64,000 bases of DNA from Phyllosticta citribraziliensis (lineage: Eukaryota), in the NCBI RefSeq assembly GCF_038025025.1, contig NW_027117343.1:620001-684000 (forward strand). Direction: 5' to 3'. Under the pieces are notes generated by a model. It was not told where the DNA came from. It saw only the letters and a list, made by a program, of their open reading frames with translations, and did not search any database. Positions 58,921-64,000 of this stretch are shown piece after piece (position 1 is the stretch's first letter; the number at the start of each line of letters is the position of its first letter). The position numbers and the translations under genes were made by a program.

Positions 58921-61446
58921 ATGCTCACATCGCGCCCGCTGCAGTCCTCAATATGCAGGGCATGTCGCTTGAAGCTACGAGCAAATGCCACCACCGTTCT
59001 CGACACCAGCAACCGCTCTCTTTCGACCTCCAACGGCGCCAGATTGCATAAGCGCATGCGACTGAACCCCTCGCCAAAACATTCGCAACGCACCTTTTCC
59101 ACCGCGCCGGCAAGACTGCAACATCCTGGGAACGACCAGGATAGAAGTAATCAAAAGGCAGAGGAGCAAACAGGGCGCCACCAAGAGGAACCACAGGATG
59201 CCAATGGTGCGGAAGAAGCGACAATTACGCCGGAGGAGGCTGCACGAACCGCGAAGCAGATGTTTGGCGACATATTGCCAGAAGGGCTTCTGAATGACGA
59301 GGAATACCTAGTCTACAAGCGGTTGTACGGTGAGGCGATTCGCATAGTGCCCGAGGCGGAATACTTTGCAGAGAAGGCGGCAGAAGAACGCGAACGGAAT
59401 GCCGCAGCCCAGGAGGCCGCCAGGCATAAATTGTACGTGGAGGATTCTTCCGGCGACCTGAAAGAAGTCCCGTACTACGCGGACGCGCCAGAAGTGGACC
59501 GAGTCATCGAAGAGGACGAGGTGTTGGAGGACGACAATGCTGAGCCAGAAGAAGACGTCGAGGGCTTGGAAGAAGGCATGGAAGAGCTGGACCTCGAGGA
59601 CGAGACCGGTCCTTCAGCAGAATACATCAGAGCACATCCTTATACTTTCCTTGGTCGATTCGCCACCTCCCCTTCGACGATACAGTTGCCAAAAGAGGAA
59701 TTCGTCAATCCGATCAGGGACATGCTCGCGTCAGCAAATAACAAGCATCTCCGACAAACCGCGGAACGACTTTTCGGAGGCGTCCGTTTTCCGCACTCGA
59801 CTTCAACGCCGCGACCGCGCGGAGGAGAGATTGTGCAAAAGCCCATTCCTCTCGAAGCATCAATGAATCGGATGGCTCCGATGGAGAGCGATTCGTTCAT
59901 GGCAGCCATCATGCCCGGCGCGTATGCATCTGCCATGAGCGTCATGATCGAAGTCCGCAAGCGTCTCGGGAGTGAGTGGTTAGAAAGCCTCCTTCAAAAA
60001 CCAGGCGGCCCCTTGATCTTGGACGCCAGCTCTGGAGGCGCCAGCGTCGTCGCGTGGCGGGAGGTTCTCAAGGCCGAGTGGGCACGGATGAAAGAAGATG
60101 GAACTATTGCCGATGCTGCCGCTCAACCTCCTCTAGGCAAGGCCTCTGTCATCTCGGGCTCGGACACGCTGCGGAGACGGGCTGCTCGCTTCCTCGACGA
60201 CACTACTTTCTTGCCCCGTCTCCCCGATACCATCATGCGAGGGGAAGAAATCGGACCCCAGCATCGAAAGGTTTACGACATCATCGTCGCCCCGCATCTT
60301 CTCTGGGGCATTGAAGAAGACTATATGCGCAAGAACGCAATCCAGAAGCTATGGTCGCTTCTCAATCCCAACGGTGGTGTCTTGATCATCCTCGAAAAGG
60401 GCGTTCCCCGTGGCTTCGAGGTTGTCGCTGGCGCCCGCGACTTTATTCTGAAAAAGCTAGTTTCCTCACCCGGCTCGACGCACGTCAAAGCCTCCTTTGA
60501 CGACATGCTCGACGAAGGCCTCATTGAAAAGGACAAGGGCATGATTGTCGCTCCGTGCACCAATCACCTCGGCTGTCCCATGTACAAAATCCCGGGCATC
60601 AGCCGCAACAGAAAAGACTTTTGCTACTTCAAACAGCGCTTCATCCGCCCCGGCTACCTCCAGAATCTGATTGGAGCCAAGGACCGGAACCACGAAGATG
60701 TGCAATTCAGCTACCTGGCCGTCATGAAGGGTCAGGATCTGCGGGCATCGGAGGGTTTTGTGGTTGAAGACGAGGCAACAGAGGCAGCGTTCACGGGCTA
60801 TGGGGACCGCAACCGCAACCCATTCGAAGAAGAGGAATTGGCACAAGCAGCTGCAGAGGAAGCCCTCCTTGCCCAGCTCGAAGGAAAGACGGAGGCGTCT
60901 GAGCCAGCCAGCGAAACGGCCGCCACGACTCCAACCGCTGCCAGCGGCACAGCAGAGCCAGAAGCAGCAGTAGTCCCAACACCGGCATCCAGCACGGCTC
61001 CCGCAGCCCAATCGACCGCGCTGGCCCCCAACGTGCTCACGCTGACGCTGCCGCGCGCCATCCTGCCGCCGCTCAAGCGGCGCGGGCACGTGCTGCTCGA
61101 CGTGTGCACGCCGGCGGGCAACCTGGAGCGGTGGACGGTGCCGCGCAGCTTCGGGCGGCAAGCGTACCGCGACGCGCGCAAGTCGCGGTGGGGCGACCTG
61201 TGGGCGCTGGGGGCCGCCACGCGCGTGCAGCGCAGCGTGCGGCTGGGCAACAAGGAGCCGCCGCTCTCACTACAGGCCCTCAAGCGCAAGGCCGGAACGC
61301 ACCAGGGCAGGCTGAGCAAGGACGACAAGAAGAAGTTGAAGGCTATTCGCGGCAAGACGGATAAGAAGGGCAAGATTTCGAGGGCCATGGTCAGGACGAC
61401 TAAGACGGATGCCGAGTTGTTGGAGGAGGTGTTTGGGGAGGCGTGA
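58921..61446 (+). CDS. RSM22: Mitochondrial small-subunit assembly factor / methyltransferase-like Rsm22 (METTL17 family)
   Basis: Mitochondrial presequence-like N-terminus; GGVLIILEKGVPRGFE, APCTNHLGCPM, FCYFKQRFIRP, PPLKRRGHVLLDVCTPAG and YRDARKSRWGDLW. Confidence 0.93.
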   Translation: MLTSRPLQSSICRACRLKLRANATTVLDTSNRSLSTSNGARLHKRMRLNPSPKHSQRTFSTAPARLQHPGNDQDRSNQKAEEQTGRHQEEPQDANGAEEATITPEEAARTAKQMFGDILPEGLLNDEEYLVYKRLYGEAIRIVPEAEYFAEKAAEERERNAAAQEAARHKLYVEDSSGDLKEVPYYADAPEVDRVIEEDEVLEDDNAEPEEDVEGLEEGMEELDLEDETGPSAEYIRAHPYTFLGRFATSPSTIQLPKEEFVNPIRDMLASANNKHLRQTAERLFGGVRFPHSTSTPRPRGGEIVQKPIPLEASMNRMAPMESDSFMAAIMPGAYASAMSVMIEVRKRLGSEWLESLLQKPGGPLILDASSGGASVVAWREVLKAEWARMKEDGTIADAAAQPPLGKASVISGSDTLRRRAARFLDDTTFLPRLPDTIMRGEEIGPQHRKVYDIIVAPHLLWGIEEDYMRKNAIQKLWSLLNPNGGVLIILEKGVPRGFEVVAGARDFILKKLVSSPGSTHVKASFDDMLDEGLIEKDKGMIVAPCTNHLGCPMYKIPGISRNRKDFCYFKQRFIRPGYLQNLIGAKDRNHEDVQFSYLAVMKGQDLRASEGFVVEDEATEAAFTGYGDRNRNPFEEEELAQAAAEEALLAQLEGKTEASEPASETAATTPTAASGTAEPEAAVVPTPASSTAPAAQSTALAPNVLTLTLPRAILPPLKRRGHVLLDVCTPAGNLERWTVPRSFGRQAYRDARKSRWGDLWALGAATRVQRSVRLGNKEPPLSLQALKRKAGTHQGRLSKDDKKKLKAIRGKTDKKGKISRAMVRTTKTDAELLEEVFGEA

Positions 61447-62377
61447 AGGGTGCGTCGATGTGGGATCGGGGATAGGTGCTCAGGGGCAGCTGTATGTGTT
61501 TGTTCGTCTAAGTTGTTGCACTGTTCTGCGGTGGTGGATGGAGACGCCTCTCCCCTCATACCCAACTCTCCTCTCTCAGCCGAAGCAGCTCAACTCGATT
61601 CTCAAAAAATTTGACCATTCTGACCCTACCACAGTGGATGTCGGAAGAATTGAGACCTCCTGGCAATATTAGTCCGGCCATGGAGCGTTCATTCACTGCC
61701 ACAGCCGCACTTAAGGAGCATCCATGCATTGCTATAGCTACTGTACGCTCAACAAGCAGTCATCAATTGCTGCAGCCAGACTTACGTAGGGAGTCTCGAT
61801 TCTTTCGATGCCCACTGTGCTGCCTCTACATACATGCACATTGGAGATACGGTGCCCTCCATTCCACCTGCACCTCTACCTCATCACTCCCCGTTTACCA
61901 CCCGTGTCTAACGTTTCGATGTCGATGCTCTGAGTCGTGTGCTCTCCTTGGCTGCCCTTGTCTGGGCGTTGCTCTTGTCCCGAGCTCTCGGAGTCTGTGA
62001 CGCAAGAGCGAGCAGACGTTGGTATAAGCTTTGAGGAAAGCTTTGGGGGAGAAACGTGTCTTGCTCAGAGACATGTCGTCGTCGGCGCGACGTCATTTGG
62101 ATGTGGGACGGTGAGGACGTAGTCTGAGACGTGGGGAGGCGAGTTTCAGTCTCTCTTCCTCACGCTTGTTCGTGGTCCGTTCTCGTGGTGTTTTTGAATA
62201 TGTGATCGCCATCTGGATGCGGACAGATGGCGTGTTGTAACTTGAGTGATAGCTTGTCTGCTCTCTCGCAAAACGCGCATGTACTTTTCCGTACCGAACC
62301 CTAGAAGCACCCGACCAACTCCGGCAAATGCACTCGAATGGACCCTCCAACGCCGTCTTCTCTCGGGCAAGGCTTCG

Positions 62378-63189
62378 CTAGAGCGTCTTCAAGACCTTGG
62401 CCACGACGTCGCGCTGGCCGTCGACGCCCAAGCCCTCGCGATCCGCCTCCTGCAGCGCGCGGCCCACGGCCAACACCACCTTGACGCCCTCGTCGCTCTC
62501 GACCCACACGCGGCCGTTCCTGCCGACGGCCATCTCGAAGCGGACGCGCTCGGCCAAGGCCTCGAGCACGACGACGCGGCCGGGGCCGCCGTCCTCGGCG
62601 GCGGCGTCCTTCTTCGGCGGCGGCATGAGCAGGCGCCGCGCCATGGCCGGGCTGACGTCGAACACCATGCCGCCCTTGAGCGGGCCCAGCCCGTCGGCCT
62701 TGCCCGTCGTCGCGCTCAGGCACTCCAGCTCCGGATCCATGTGCTTGGAGGCGGCGGCGACGCGGGCGTAGACGAGGGCGCCGGGCGCCAGGATCGGGCG
62801 CGTCTTCTTGGTTGCGTTTTCGAAGGCGAGGTGCGGCAGCGTTGCGCAGGGCGTGTGCGGCGTCAGGGCGCAGTGGTAGGCGTCGGTGCTCGAGTGGTGC
62901 ACTTGGGCGATGACGAGGTCGTTGGTGTGCGGCATGTACTGCGGATAGTCTTGTCAGACGGGCTGATGGCGTGGAGAGACTGGGGACTCACGCGACCGCT
63001 GTTGTATTCAACCCATACGCCGTTCTTCTTGCTGTCGACGTTAAGCGTGCCCGCGACTGTCGCCGTGATGGTCGACGGCGGCGTGTGCCGCACGCCTGGC
63101 CCCAGTTTGAGCGGCTTGTCGGCATTCTTGGAGGTTGGAAGCAGTGAAGGAGGGATCTCCTCTCCCGGGAGCACGACTTCGACGGCCAT
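62378..63189 (-). CDS. RRP40: Exosome cap subunit Rrp40 (EXOSC3)
   Basis: VVLPGE..LKLGPG, R|YMPHTNDLVIAQV, LAFENATKKTRP, DPELEC and FEMAVGRNGRVWV; intron 62991-62939. Confidence 0.95.
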
Positions 63190-63451
63190 TTTCTTGCCAA
63201 TGCGCGCTCGACGTTTTGGTTGTCGCAGGTAGCTTTTTCTGTCGGCATGGACCGCCAGTGATGATGTCAGTTTATCCGACGTTCTGCCATGCGGCCGCGG
63301 CCAATTTTTAAAACCATTTGCTGGACATCTGCTTCCACAACACCTTTACTCGAGATACACCGCCCCTCCCCCTCTCCCACGCCCCGTCGAGTTGGAGCGT
63401 CCTTGATCGACCACCTTCAGTCCTATAATCGGAAACGAGATACCTTTCAAA

Positions 63452-64000
63452 ATGAGCGCGGAAGAGAGTGGTCCGTCCAGGGTTGCCATTGGTATTTCCT
63501 TTGGCAACTCGTACAGTTCTATTGCCAGCGTCAATGCTGTACGTCTTTGTCCATATCAGGAGAAAATGGGAGAGGTACTAACTTCATGTAGGAGGGCAAG
63601 GCTCAGGTCATCGCCAACGAGGAAGGAGGTCAGTTGATATTCTTAGTCGACCAGCGGTCCGCGCAAAGAATGCCCAGCTAATCAAATCTCTTTCAGACCG
63701 TCAAATCCCGACCATCCTCTCCTACGTTGCTGGCGAGGAGTTCCACGGCACCCAGGCCAAGGCACAGTTGATCCGCAACCCCAAGAACACCGTCGCCTAC
63801 TTTAGAGATTTCCTTGGCCAAGAGTACGGTCCCGTTTCGCCCTCTGTTGCGCCCACAAGGCTAATGAATGCTGCAGCTTCAAGTCGATAGACCCCACCCA
63901 CAGCCACCAGTCCGCACACCCCAAGGAGCACGAATCCACAATCGCCTTCTCGATCAAGGACACTGAGGAGGACAAGGAGAACACCCGCACCATTTCTGAG
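63452..64000 (+). CDS. SSZ1: Ribosome-associated complex Hsp70 Ssz1, 5' part (truncated by window end)
   Basis: AIGISFGNSYSSIA, VIANEEGDRQIPTILSY, EFHGTQAKAQLIRNPKNTVAYFRDFLG across three short introns. Confidence 0.92.

Noticed and set aside
58921..61446. Possible Rsm22-Cox11 fusion as in fission yeast
   Set aside because: The ORF ends in a basic tail after WGDLW with no Cox11 sequence; the Cys cluster is the ordinary Rsm22/METTL17 feature.

Overview
Eukaryotic DNA from a filamentous ascomycete (intron-rich, GT/GC-AG introns with CTRAC branch points; Pezizomycotina, possibly Dothideomycete-like). Housekeeping genes lie at both ends. Left: an FSH1-like hydrolase and RPN5. Right: an F-box/LRR gene, a Gemin2-like gene, SPC19, ATP18, HRR25/CK1, RSM22, RRP40 and SSZ1. 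Between them is a ~43 kb block of more accessory-looking genes: two divergent paralogous F-box-like/ankyrin genes in inverted orientation, QCR8, several secreted or cell-surface proteins (a Ser/Thr-rich protein with a tandemly amplified exon+intron unit, a PAN/Apple-domain GPI protein with Pro/Gly repeats, a laccase, a Crh-type GH16, a GH78 rhamnosidase) and a HOL1-like MFS transporter. The most unusual signals are: (1) a highly divergent Argonaute-derived gene with N-L1-PAZ-L2-MID but no PIWI domain, intact introns and one in-frame TAA; (2) a ~230-nt TATA-preceded, multi-stem candidate ncRNA at ~28.3-28.5 kb; (3) a 22-bp near-perfect hairpin at 50.1 kb; (4) a five-fold amplified symmetric exon-intron cassette. 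All calls come from reading motifs by eye; no database searches were run.
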